IMG/VR virus record: IMGVR_UViG_3300009093_000035
Span: 62,001-126,000 of that record
DNA length: 64,000 bases
Direction: 5' to 3' (one strand)
Shown piece by piece: positions 47,898 through 56,663 of this stretch. A program made the position numbers and the translations under genes. The notes below the pieces were generated by a model. The model was not told the DNA's origin. It ran no database searches and was given only the letters and a program-made list of their open reading frames with translations. The stretch's first letter is position 1, and each line of letters starts with the position of its first letter.

Positions 47898-48500
47898 GTG
47901 CTGGAGTACCCGAGCATCAGTCCAGAGCCAAGGTACGGCGGACCGTACTTCATCTGGGACAAGCTCGACGGTATCAACCTCCGGTCCGAGTGGTCGAAGC
48001 AACAAGGCTTCTACAAACTCGGAGCCCGCGCTACCCACCTCTCCGACCAATGGCGCGGAGAGGCCGGGGCGCTGATCGACTTCCAAGCAGCCGCGATGAT
48101 CAAGATCTTCAAGAAGCAAAGGTGGGATCGAGCCACCGTCTTCTTCGAGTTCTACGGAGAGAGGTCCTTCGCTGGGATCTTCCCGAGGAACTCCGCGAAG
48201 CTGATCGCTCTGTTCGACGTAGCCGGGCCCGATCGGAAGCTTCTCGACCCGAGAGACTTCTACAAGCTCTTCTACGACATCGTCCAGACCCCGAAGCTTC
48301 TCCTCCGGGGCAACTTCAACAAGGAGGTCGAGGCCGAGGTCAGGGCCGGAACTCTCCCAGGCATGACCTTCGAGGGGATCGTGGCGAAGGGCCCAGCTGT
48401 CGAGAAGGACGGCCCTCCCATCATGTTCAAGAGCAAGTCACAGGCCTGGATCGACAAGGTCCACGGCCTGTACGGGGACAAGGCGAAGTACTACCTCTGA
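47898..48500 (+). CDS. Minimal RNA-ligase-type nucleotidyltransferase (adenylation domain only, 200 aa)
   Basis: WDKLDGIN (I, KxDG), FFEFYG (III), ALFDV (IIIa), FEGIVAK (IV), MFKSKS (V). Confidence 0.8.
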   Translation: MLEYPSISPEPRYGGPYFIWDKLDGINLRSEWSKQQGFYKLGARATHLSDQWRGEAGALIDFQAAAMIKIFKKQRWDRATVFFEFYGERSFAGIFPRNSAKLIALFDVAGPDRKLLDPRDFYKLFYDIVQTPKLLLRGNFNKEVEAEVRAGTLPGMTFEGIVAKGPAVEKDGPPIMFKSKSQAWIDKVHGLYGDKAKYYL

Positions 48501-48844
48501 TGTCGGCCTATCGCGACCCCCCTGGACGTTCCCCGTGTCCGTACCACTGTCGTCAAATAGCAGCGGCCGGATGGGGTGAGGGATGGACCGGGTTGTGGAA
48601 CTGGGAGTGCGTAATGTGTAAGGCGCGCGCTCCCATGTGGAGGTGGATTCTTCTGCCCTTCCTCCCTACCCTCTCTCACATACCGCTGGGACCCGGTCCC
48701 TACCATGTAGTCGACCCGAGACTGACGGAAGCTGAAGCTCTGAGAGTCGGGTGGACGAAAGAACAGATCCAGAAAGAGCGAAAGACGGGCTTACCGAATC
48801 AGCTCGATCGGTGGAAAGAATGGACCTGGGGAGAGCTTCCTTAG
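48500..48844 (+). CDS. Hypothetical Trp/Cys-rich protein (~114 aa)
   Basis: ATG overlaps the upstream TGA; C-terminal part of ORF 47990..48844. Confidence 0.5.
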   Translation: MSAYRDPPGRSPCPYHCRQIAAAGWGEGWTGLWNWECVMCKARAPMWRWILLPFLPTLSHIPLGPGPYHVVDPRLTEAEALRVGWTKEQIQKERKTGLPNQLDRWKEWTWGELP

Positions 48845-49416
48845 AAGGTCGCCCCGAGCTTCCGTAGGTACGCGAGAAGGCCATCGACCTTCGGATTCGG
48901 TACCTTGCTCTTCTGGATATCGATGAGCTTCCCGATCTGAACCGGGTCCGTCTCCTCGATCGAGATCTCCCCGGTGTCCGAAGCCCGAAGAGTTGCAACG
49001 GGCCTCGGGAGCCTCTCGTTGAAGAACACGAAGAGGAGATCTCCGCCGGCCGGGTCGTGCTTCACGATCACCGGATCTCGGACGTAGAGACCCTTCGCCG
49101 ACCACTGGATGTCGTTCCGAACGTTGGAGATCGCCCGGTAGGCCGGCGACATGAGGAGAGCGAGGTTCGCTTCGAGCTTTGCCTGAAGGAAGTTCGCCGC
49201 TTCGTCGTCTCCGATCTCCCGAAGATGGGGGATCAGGTCGTCCGAAGTGACGAACCCGGTCGAGCGAACCGCCTCGTTGATGCGCTCCTGTAGCTCACCC
49301 GAGAACTCGGCCTTCTTCGAAACCGGCTCCTTCGCTTCCTTCAGGAGCGGTAGGAGGATCGGACGAAGCCCGGGGTTCTCGTGGGCCAGGCGGATCATCT
49401 TCGAACGGAGAGTCAT
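48841..49416 (-). CDS. IRLAH-tag protein, 191 aa
   Basis: MTLRSKMIRLAHENPGLRPILLPLLKEAK. Confidence 0.8.
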   Translation of the reverse strand: MTLRSKMIRLAHENPGLRPILLPLLKEAKEPVSKKAEFSGELQERINEAVRSTGFVTSDDLIPHLREIGDDEAANFLQAKLEANLALLMSPAYRAISNVRNDIQWSAKGLYVRDPVIVKHDPAGGDLLFVFFNERLPRPVATLRASDTGEISIEETDPVQIGKLIDIQKSKVPNPKVDGLLAYLRKLGATF

Positions 49417-49440
49417 CCCACCCCGGCCTTCATCGAAGGA

Positions 49441-50502
49441 CTAGCTGCCCAAGGCCTCTTCGAACTTGGAGGACAGGTCCGGGGAGAGCTTCCCGAGGGC
49501 GTAGAGGGCGAACAGTTCCGCGAAGAACTCCTCCACCGTCTTCGAGGAATACGGGGTAGGGAACTTCGCCACTACAGCCCGCTCTTCGAGAATCTTTCGG
49601 ACGGTCCTCTTGACTACGAATCCGCCCCCCGAGAGACCGTACCGGTACCCGTCGTCGGATTCAATTACTGGAGGCGGACCTCGGCGGTTGGAGAGAGGGA
49701 TTGGAAACACATCCCCCACTTTCGGCATCTCTACCTGGACTCCAGAGGATCGCTTCATCAAGTAGTAGAAGCGGTTGAAGGCCTCCAGGACAGGCTTCGG
49801 AGCGAACTTGTACCAGTACCGGTGTCCCAGCTCGTGACACAGGGTGTCGAGGTCGTCGAACCCTCTCTTGGCCATCGATCGGATGTAGACGTCGTCTTCC
49901 GAAAGCGAGTACCAGGCGAGAGTCCGGGCGTTCTTGATTTGACCTACGACGTAGACGTCTCCGTAGAGGACCTTCTTGAAGTCGCGGGTCGCTGAGAGGA
50001 TCCGATTCGCGCTCTCGAAGAGACTCTGGATCTCATTGAACTGATTCGCGTCCGCCCCCACGGTGTTGTGCACCTTGAAGGGTCCGACGGTCGCTTCCTG
50101 AGTTCCGCCGGATACTCGTTCGGGCCAATCCGAAGCCTCCGAAAGGAACTGGAGCCAGGGCTTGTTCTTGTCGTACCAACCGATGACGTCCTTCTGTTGG
50201 CGCTTCGAAGCGAGAAGGGCCCGCGAAGCCAACTCCAAGAACTTCTCTTTCCCAGGAGGGATCTCTCGGGTCTGAAGCAGCCACTCCACTAGCGAACGAC
50301 CCGACACGATCGTGGGGATGTACCCGTACGTGTTCAAGATCAAGCCGTTGGGCTTCGCCCTCCCCCGCTGTTCGGAGACGTTCTCGGCGAGAGAATCGAC
50401 GGACATCCGATAGTCGGACACCAGTTTCGATGGGTTGTCCCACCCCTTCGCTCGAACGTACCGAGACGCCACCCTTACCTCGCTAGGAGCGCGTAGAACC
50501 AC
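49441..50502 (-). CDS. Zincin metallopeptidase-domain protein with N-terminal RVA tag
   Basis: LCHELGHRYW (HExxH) plus downstream EEFFAELFA (third ligand, lethal-factor-like); N-terminal EVRVASRYV. Confidence 0.75.
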   Translation of the reverse strand: MVLRAPSEVRVASRYVRAKGWDNPSKLVSDYRMSVDSLAENVSEQRGRAKPNGLILNTYGYIPTIVSGRSLVEWLLQTREIPPGKEKFLELASRALLASKRQQKDVIGWYDKNKPWLQFLSEASDWPERVSGGTQEATVGPFKVHNTVGADANQFNEIQSLFESANRILSATRDFKKVLYGDVYVVGQIKNARTLAWYSLSEDDVYIRSMAKRGFDDLDTLCHELGHRYWYKFAPKPVLEAFNRFYYLMKRSSGVQVEMPKVGDVFPIPLSNRRGPPPVIESDDGYRYGLSGGGFVVKRTVRKILEERAVVAKFPTPYSSKTVEEFFAELFALYALGKLSPDLSSKFEEALGS

Positions 50503-50531
50503 CGCTCGTCTCTCCTTACGCGCCAGGGGCC

Positions 50532-51482
50532 TCAGAGGGCCTTCGAGAAGGTAGAGGAGAAGTCGGAGGCGATCGTTGCGGCTACCGTGGCTACGGCCTT
50601 CTTCGCGGTGAAGACGAGACCCATCTCTCGGTTCGAGGCAAGAGAAGCGTGGGTCAAGTTCTGAGAGCCTACGAACGCAGTCTTCCCGTCTACCACGAAC
50701 GCTTTCGCGTGGATGTAGGGCTTCGTTACGATCCGAACCGGAATCCCGGAAAGCGTCAGTTGATCCGTAGCTGCCTTCCCAGCGGGAGACTCCATCGCAT
50801 CCGACATCACGACGCGAATCGCTACCCCGCGGGCCGCCGCGGACTTCAGGGTCGCGATCGTATTGGCGTCGCTGATCTCCTCGTCCTCCAGATCGATCGT
50901 TTTCTTCGCTCCGGACAGAAGGTCGTGGATGGTCGACTTCGCGTTCAACGGAGAGACCACCAGGGAGCCCGCGTAGGTGGAGATCGGAGTCCCTGCAAAG
51001 TCCCCCTCGAAGACGGCCTCAGCGTCCGCTACGACCTTCGGAAGGGTCGCTACAACCAGGAACTCCCGATTCGACTTCAGCGCCGCCGTAGTGGCGTTCA
51101 TCGTCATGATCCAGGCGGTCTTCCCATCCAGAATCACCGACTTCTGATGGGTGAGAGAGAAGTGGGAAGGGGCCCAGACTACCTTCACCCCAGCAGCTGC
51201 TAGGACGGCGAACTCGTCGTTGTTGTTGTTCGAGAGGCCTGGGTTGAACCTCTGATTGAGGATTACTCGAACGTCGAGCCCGGCCTTCTGGCGATCGATC
51301 AAGGCGTCGATCACGGCCTGAGAAGACAGGAGGTACATCGTCATGTGTACCGAGGTCTTCGCCATCCGAATCGCCTTTACCAGGGCCACGCCAGAGTCCC
51401 CCGGCTCCACTATCACCCGAACGGAACCTCGGGGAATCGAAGCCCTTCGAATCTTCCGGTTTCTGTTCGGGTTGTGGCCCAC
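50532..51482 (-). CDS. Phospholipase D superfamily protein (two HKD motifs)
   Basis: HQKSVILD and HAKAFVVD ... GSQNL ... NREMG. Confidence 0.9.
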   Translation of the reverse strand: MGHNPNRNRKIRRASIPRGSVRVIVEPGDSGVALVKAIRMAKTSVHMTMYLLSSQAVIDALIDRQKAGLDVRVILNQRFNPGLSNNNNDEFAVLAAAGVKVVWAPSHFSLTHQKSVILDGKTAWIMTMNATTAALKSNREFLVVATLPKVVADAEAVFEGDFAGTPISTYAGSLVVSPLNAKSTIHDLLSGAKKTIDLEDEEISDANTIATLKSAAARGVAIRVVMSDAMESPAGKAATDQLTLSGIPVRIVTKPYIHAKAFVVDGKTAFVGSQNLTHASLASNREMGLVFTAKKAVATVAATIASDFSSTFSKAL

Positions 51483-51517
51483 ATACCCTTTTCAGGATAG
51501 GGAACCTACTCAAACGA

Positions 51518-51555
51518 ATTGAGGGACGGGAGGTACTTCCTCCGCGTCCCTCAAT
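51518..51555 (-). terminator. Long hairpin downstream of HU (likely intrinsic terminator)
   Basis: ATTGAGGGACG-GGAGG / CCTCC-G-CGTCCCTCAAT, 16 bp with one bulge; followed by TCGTTT on the minus strand. Confidence 0.6.
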
Positions 51556-51576
51556 CCCCTCTACGTGAGCCTCGGA

Positions 51577-51894
51577 TCAGGCGTTGACGAGGTCCTTCAG
51601 CTTCTTCACGGCCGAAGCGCGGACCTTCCGCGACGCGGGCTTCGCCGCGTACTGCTTCATCTCGCCCGTGAACGGGTTCTTCCGCTCGCCGGCCTTCTTC
51701 GCCTCGGTCACGCGGACCTTCAGCTTCAGGAGATCCGGGATCACGAACTCGCCCGGGCCCTTCTTCCCCAGCTCGCGCTGGGCCAGGCCCGAGAGGGCCT
51801 CGAACGTGTCCACGACCTGCTTCTTCGTCAGGCCCGTCTTCTCCGCGATCTCGCTCATGATCTGAGCCTTCGTCAGGCGCTTGCTGTCACTCAT
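51577..51894 (-). CDS. hup: HU/IHF-family DNA-binding protein
   Basis: LTKAQIMSEIAEKTGLTKKQV ... RKNPFTGE ... AKPASRKV; extreme GC3 bias. Confidence 0.92.
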   Translation of the reverse strand: MSDSKRLTKAQIMSEIAEKTGLTKKQVVDTFEALSGLAQRELGKKGPGEFVIPDLLKLKVRVTEAKKAGERKNPFTGEMKQYAAKPASRKVRASAVKKLKDLVNA

Positions 51895-52009
51895 GGTCCT
51901 CGTCTTTCTTGGGTCGCCACCAACAGGTGTTAGATCCGACGAGATCTTACGCCTCGACGAAGGCCTCGATCACGAATCAGACGCCAAAAACGACCTTCTC
52001 GATCACTAT

Positions 52010-52213
52010 TCAGCTCCTCAGGTGGAGGTGGAGGCCGGTGCTCACCCCGAAGAGATCCGCGAGGAAGAGAACGGCCAGGAGTACGACCACGACGACGATC
52101 AGGACTCGAACGACCTTCAGGATCATCGGATCGGTGATGAACTGCTGGGCGACCCAGAGAACGAGGCTCGCCAAGACGATGATGAGAATCAGGGAAATCA
52201 GGGTGACTATCAT
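52010..52213 (-). CDS. Small two-TM membrane protein (67 aa)
   Basis: Two hydrophobic helices separated by QQFITDP. Confidence 0.7.
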   Translation of the reverse strand: MIVTLISLILIIVLASLVLWVAQQFITDPMILKVVRVLIVVVVVLLAVLFLADLFGVSTGLHLHLRS

Positions 52214-52282
52214 AGATACCTACCTTTTCGGGTTCGAAAAGGAGGTCCGATAGCGGGGTTACGTTCCTATAGGAACTGAGGC

Positions 52283-53179
52283 TCAGAGGAACGAGCGGGG
52301 ACTCAAGACTCCGCGACCAACCGCCGGACCGAAGGCCGAACGGATACCAATCCCGTACTTCGGCTGCTGGAGACCGCGAATGAACTTCACGGTCCGAGCT
52401 TTCGCTTCGGTGGCCTTATCGAACTGAGACTCGGCGTTCTGCTTCAGAGACTCGTACTTCGCCGACTTCTCGATCGAGAGCGAAACTCCGCCGATCGAAT
52501 AGTCGAATTCGTCCGCCACCCAGTTGATCGAGAGCGCGAAACAAGCGTGAACGATCGCCTCCCAAAGGATAGCGGTCCTCCAGACAGCCTTCTCGGCGCA
52601 GAGCTTGTCCAAGGTGTTGAGATCTGGGGTCGTCGGGGGGAACATGTTCCACCAGTCGAGACCTCGTTCGAGGTACTCCAGAAGCTCGGCGTCTTCCCAG
52701 ATCTGACCGAAGACCTTGTTGTAGTTGCCGATGTTTCCCTCGGCCTCCGGCGGGCGGAAGTGGTAGAACTTGTCAGGGTTCTGATCGCGAAGAAGGAGAC
52801 GAAGCTTCGCGATCATCGAGGTCACGCAAAGCGAGTAGGTCGGGGTCGCCACGACTCCTGGAGAAACCACCGCCCACTCCTGAACCACTTGCTGAAGAGG
52901 GCTTCCAGCGTACTGCTTGAAGTTCCAGCGGATGACGTAGGTCCCAGGCGTCGCGCTCGTGGGTACTTGGAGGGAGGCGTAGTATTCCCCCACCGTCGGG
53001 TTCAGCGGGATTCGATTCGCCGACCCGATCAGAATCTCAGTCTCCGGCGGGCCGGGGCTGACGTAGTAGATCGCGTAGGTGATTTCGTACGCGTTCGAAG
53101 CGATGGAGTTGGAGTCCGTCAGGAAGATGTCGAGGTCTCCCTGACCGAGCGTCGTCCCAGGTAGGAATGCTACTGCCAT
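52283..53179 (-). CDS. Head-tail adaptor/neck-like protein with N-terminal Ig-like domain
   Basis: VGEYYASLQVP ... GTYVIRW Ig-like strand pattern; C-terminal LRLLLRD ... DYSIGGVSLSI helical adaptor-like region. Confidence 0.55.
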   Translation of the reverse strand: MAVAFLPGTTLGQGDLDIFLTDSNSIASNAYEITYAIYYVSPGPPETEILIGSANRIPLNPTVGEYYASLQVPTSATPGTYVIRWNFKQYAGSPLQQVVQEWAVVSPGVVATPTYSLCVTSMIAKLRLLLRDQNPDKFYHFRPPEAEGNIGNYNKVFGQIWEDAELLEYLERGLDWWNMFPPTTPDLNTLDKLCAEKAVWRTAILWEAIVHACFALSINWVADEFDYSIGGVSLSIEKSAKYESLKQNAESQFDKATEAKARTVKFIRGLQQPKYGIGIRSAFGPAVGRGVLSPRSFL

Positions 53180-53187
53180 GGTTCCCT

Positions 53188-53481
53188 CTATCGGGGTCGA
53201 TACTCACACCACCGAACGGCCGTGTCCAGAACGTAGGCGAAGACCGCCGAGGTCAACCCCCAGGACAACACCGATAGGACAGCCTCGTCCCACGTAGGGA
53301 GGCTTCTCTCGGCGAAACGGGAGAAGACCCACACCATCCACCCAGAGTGGAACCCGGTGCAGTAGGTGCACTTCACTAGAGCGTCCAGGAACCGATAGCG
53401 ACCTCGAAGGAAGAGCGCCTTGTTCTGAACCCCGAAAGTGATTGAGTAGGCGAACAGCAGATACATCCAGGAGGGCATCAC
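53188..53481 (-). CDS. DUF1360-like membrane protein
   Basis: Hydrophobic segments with LVKCTYCTGFHSGW (CxxC-W pattern). Confidence 0.6.
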   Translation of the reverse strand: MMPSWMYLLFAYSITFGVQNKALFLRGRYRFLDALVKCTYCTGFHSGWMVWVFSRFAERSLPTWDEAVLSVLSWGLTSAVFAYVLDTAVRWCEYRPR

Positions 53482-53894
53482 TTCTTCGCCCCTCCGAAGA
53501 ACCGACCAAAGACCCCTTGAGGGTTCGCCGGATTCGACGCCGGAAGCGGCTTCACCTCGGGCTCTTCAGGTTCCTCGAACCGAGAGGGAAGGACCTCCGC
53601 CCGAACTTCCTCTTTGGGGAAGCGAGAAGAATGGTCCACCAATCTACAACAAGACGTCTCGGACGACTCACGGAAGAGGTCAATCGAGTCGGACAGGTCT
53701 TCGGACGTTGATTCGGTGCTACAGTCGAACCCGAGCTGAATCTCTACCTTGTTGAGGGCCGTGAGGAGCATGTCTCGCTCTTCGGCCAACTCCGTAGTAG
53801 CGACTCCGTGACGGAATCGAATTTCGACGTCGAGAAGCCTTCTCATGGCTTCTCCCAACCCGATCGAGAGATTCTTTTGAGAACGATCCGACAC
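53478..53894 (-). CDS. Hypothetical protein (138 aa)
   Basis: Coupled to the downstream gene; coding-like composition. Confidence 0.6.
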   Translation of the reverse strand: MSDRSQKNLSIGLGEAMRRLLDVEIRFRHGVATTELAEERDMLLTALNKVEIQLGFDCSTESTSEDLSDSIDLFRESSETSCCRLVDHSSRFPKEEVRAEVLPSRFEEPEEPEVKPLPASNPANPQGVFGRFFGGAKK

Positions 53895-53911
53895 TCAAGT
53901 ACCGTACCCCT

Positions 53912-54268
53912 TCATCTCACGAAACGCGCGTTCAGCCCCGGAGTAGAAGACCTGGACTTCAGGTTGAGAGCCAAGGTCTCAACGATCACGTCGAGGGAAA
54001 TCGGTACCGTGGCCTTCATCTCCCCGTAGAGGACGACCCCATCCGTAAGGGACGTAGGGATGTCGTACCGGTACGAGTACCGACCAGGATCCGGAGGGGT
54101 CACCGGGAGAAGCGGGGCGCTCGCTACCAACACGATCTCGTTTCCGGTAACCGGATCGAATTGGAAGATCTTGATAGCCGGAGACAGCACCGAAATCGGG
54201 GCTCCGAGGGAGTCCAGATAGAGCTTCGTGAAGACGAAGGGTTCGCCGATGAATGCGTCCGAGGACAT
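53912..54268 (-). CDS. Small Ig-like structural protein (118 aa)
   Basis: GRYSYRYDIPTS resembles GEYYASLQVPTS of 52283..53179. Confidence 0.55.
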   Translation of the reverse strand: MSSDAFIGEPFVFTKLYLDSLGAPISVLSPAIKIFQFDPVTGNEIVLVASAPLLPVTPPDPGRYSYRYDIPTSLTDGVVLYGEMKATVPISLDVIVETLALNLKSRSSTPGLNARFVR

Positions 54269-54298
54269 CTAAGAGAGGTCCTGGTATAGGAGGACCCG

Positions 54299-54556
54299 CT
54301 ACGCGTGAGTAAGGGACTTCATGTTCCGGACCTCGTCAGCGTAGTCCAACGCGCTGACTTTCCCAGAGCGGTTGAAGTATTCGCGCTTCAGATCACGGAT
54401 CGAGTCGCCGTTCTCGAACGAAAAGAAGACCCTTCCGTTCTCGCGATTGGCCTCCAGGAACTTCACCCCCGCTACGCGAAGGAAGGCCGCATAGTACATG
54501 TCCGTCGTGCGGTAGATCTTCTCGTCGTCGGACGGCATGGGGGGTTTCTTGTCCAA
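54299..54556 (-). CDS. DUF5659-like small protein
   Basis: YRTTDMYYAAFL ... GRVFFSF pattern. Confidence 0.65.
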   Translation of the reverse strand: MDKKPPMPSDDEKIYRTTDMYYAAFLRVAGVKFLEANRENGRVFFSFENGDSIRDLKREYFNRSGKVSALDYADEVRNMKSLTHA

Positions 54557-54621
54557 GACTCTAGGCCCTCCGCGGACTCTACCCTTCGGACTTCGTTGAC
54601 AGAAACGAAAAGTCTTGACCG

Positions 54622-54652
54622 GAAAAAGCAGAAGCCGCCTTGCGGCGGCTTC
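54622..54652 (-). terminator. Rho-independent terminator after the 228-aa gene
   Basis: Minus strand GAAGCCGCC-GCAA-GGCGGCTTC-TGCTTTTTC (9-bp stem, GNRA loop, T tract). Confidence 0.85.
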
Positions 54653-54695
54653 GACCCCACCTCCGAAGAAGTGGGGGGAGGACCCGATCAGTAGA

Positions 54696-55382
54696 TCAGA
54701 GGACCGCGCCGGTGTTGTCGTACACGACGATCGCCGCGCCCGTCGTACCGCGGTACTTGAAGCCCGCGTCCGAGAAGCCGTTGATCTGGCCCTGAGCGAG
54801 CGAGATGTAGAACGACGAATCGGACACGAGGATGTCGCGGTACGTGTTGAAGTTGAAGTTGTTCGCGTTCCACGTCGCGGGCGACGTCTGCGGATGGAAG
54901 GTCGAGACGACGACCTGAACGATCGTGCCGGCCGGAACCGTGTAGGTCGCGCCCGAGAGGATCCGGAGGATGTCGATCACGGTACCGGTCGAGGTGTTCG
55001 CCGTGAGCGTCGCGCCCGCCGCCGCAGCCGCGAGGATCACGTTGATCGCCGCGAGCGTCGTCGCCGCGCCCGTCTTCATCGCCGCGATCAGGGCGTTCGC
55101 CGCCGTGGTCGCCTGAGCCGGCGTGAGAGCCGGACCCGCCGCGCCGACCTGGACGTTGGCGATCAGGTAGGCCGCGAGGCCGCTCTGAGCCGTCTTCAGG
55201 TAGCGCTGAGTCGCGCCCGTCGAGCTGAGCACGACGGTGTTCGTCACGGGCGCGCTGACGTAGCGCGGGCCCTGGGGCTGAGGATCGATGCTCTGATTCC
55301 GCTGCGAGCCGTTCGGCCAGAAGTCGGTGATCTGGAGAACCCCGTTGGGGATGTCGGTGCGGCGCTTGCAGATGAACGGCAT
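54696..55382 (-). CDS. Probable abundant virion protein, Ala/Thr-rich (228 aa)
   Basis: Extreme GC3 bias and its own strong terminator suggest high expression; located in the head/neck cluster. Confidence 0.6.
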   Translation of the reverse strand: MPFICKRRTDIPNGVLQITDFWPNGSQRNQSIDPQPQGPRYVSAPVTNTVVLSSTGATQRYLKTAQSGLAAYLIANVQVGAAGPALTPAQATTAANALIAAMKTGAATTLAAINVILAAAAAGATLTANTSTGTVIDILRILSGATYTVPAGTIVQVVVSTFHPQTSPATWNANNFNFNTYRDILVSDSSFYISLAQGQINGFSDAGFKYRGTTGAAIVVYDNTGAVL

Positions 55383-55482
55383 GTCGTATCTCTCTTTCCG
55401 GATCGAGGAGTTTGGGAAAGGTGCCTTTGAAGAGGCCTCTTCCTAAACTCCCAGAGATAGGCCGTCTAACGCCTCAATCTGA

Positions 55483-56244
55483 TTAGGCGCTGTTCACCAC
55501 AGCGATACGGATCGTGAACCAGGGATTCCCGCCCGTAGAAGCGACGAACATCTCAGGGACCCCGGCTCCGGTGAGGCTGATGTCGTCTCCGGGCATGATG
55601 ACCGTCGGAGGCACTCCGGGGTGGAAGCTCACGAAGAGCGGGAAACCTCCGGAGACCGGGTCGAGGTTCCGAATCGAGATCGTTGTGGAGTACGCCGGAA
55701 CCATGAAGTCCAGGACCCCTTCATTCAGGTAGTCCGGAAGGTTGGGCGGGAAGGCTCCCAGGGCCAGGTTCGGGGCCTTCCCGGTCACCGTGAGCACCGG
55801 CTCCTTCGTTGAGAAGAAATCGAAAGGAGGGACGATGACGATTGGACCTTCGGGAAGGTACGCGTTTGCCGCGATTGAGAACCTCTGAGCCCTCATGAAG
55901 AGCGTCTGATCGTCGGAAGGGATGTACGAGTCTCCGGCGACGACTGGAGTCGCATAGTCGTCGAGATCGAAGACACCTCGACTGAGGTCCCGACGAGACT
56001 CCTCGACTCCAGGGTACCTCTTCGCCCGAATCGACTGGCTCCGGAACTCCCCGCCGTTCGGAATCACGAACATCGGCTTCGTCCCGAACCCGCCCACGCC
56101 CATGACGTTGACCCCGTAGGCGTCGTTCAGCCGGGAGGCTCCGTTGATTCGGTAGTTCGCGACCCCTTGAAGCTTTGGGAGCGTCAAGTTGATCTGATTC
56201 GCACTCCGATACTGGACCGAAGGGATGTCTCGCTGGCGGGTCAT
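55483..56244 (-). CDS. Probable structural protein (253 aa)
   Basis: GGGGA RBS; beta-rich; no motif recognised. Confidence 0.6.
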   Translation of the reverse strand: MTRQRDIPSVQYRSANQINLTLPKLQGVANYRINGASRLNDAYGVNVMGVGGFGTKPMFVIPNGGEFRSQSIRAKRYPGVEESRRDLSRGVFDLDDYATPVVAGDSYIPSDDQTLFMRAQRFSIAANAYLPEGPIVIVPPFDFFSTKEPVLTVTGKAPNLALGAFPPNLPDYLNEGVLDFMVPAYSTTISIRNLDPVSGGFPLFVSFHPGVPPTVIMPGDDISLTGAGVPEMFVASTGGNPWFTIRIAVVNSA

Positions 56245-56260
56245 GTTCCCCTTGTAAGAG

Positions 56261-56659
56261 CTATCGGGCCTTCACCGCGCGCTCGGCTCGAACCTTGGGT
56301 TCGTAGGAAGCCCCGCTCTTCCCCTTTGCGGTCGCAAGCTTCTGGGCGTCGGCCCAGGACTCCGTACGTTCCCCGTTCACATTCGGGACGAGTCTCACCC
56401 CCGGGGCGTCCCGAACCCTTTCGGTCTGCTTCTCCCCGACTCGACGGCGCTTCGCGGCCATCTGACCGGCGACTCGGTTGTTCTTCGACGCCCACCCGTC
56501 TCCCACGAAGATCAATCCTGGGGAAGAGACCTGCTTCTTCCCGAGAGTCCCGCACTTCTCACACTTCTGAGGAGAGTCGTACTCGGCGATCGGAAGGAAA
56601 CGCTCGAACTCGTCGACCTTGCACTTCTTGTTCGGGCACTTGTACTCGTAGGTAGGCAT
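56261..56659 (-). CDS. FmdB-like zinc-ribbon protein
   Basis: MPTYEYKC ... C ... CEKCG ... SSPGLIFVGDGW. Confidence 0.8.
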   Translation of the reverse strand: MPTYEYKCPNKKCKVDEFERFLPIAEYDSPQKCEKCGTLGKKQVSSPGLIFVGDGWASKNNRVAGQMAAKRRRVGEKQTERVRDAPGVRLVPNVNGERTESWADAQKLATAKGKSGASYEPKVRAERAVKAR

Positions 56660-56663
56660 TGCC

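Noticed and set aside
318-51952. GCGTAA(A/G)G upstream of several genes (342, 4962, 38136, 47348, 50502, 51894)
   Set aside because: Partly explained by the extended Shine-Dalgarno TAAGG, and no consistent upstream box or spacing; not separable from chance without counts.
54596-54625. TTGACA as a sigma70 -35 box
   Set aside because: No plausible -10 at 16-18 nt spacing, and it points against the local coding strand.
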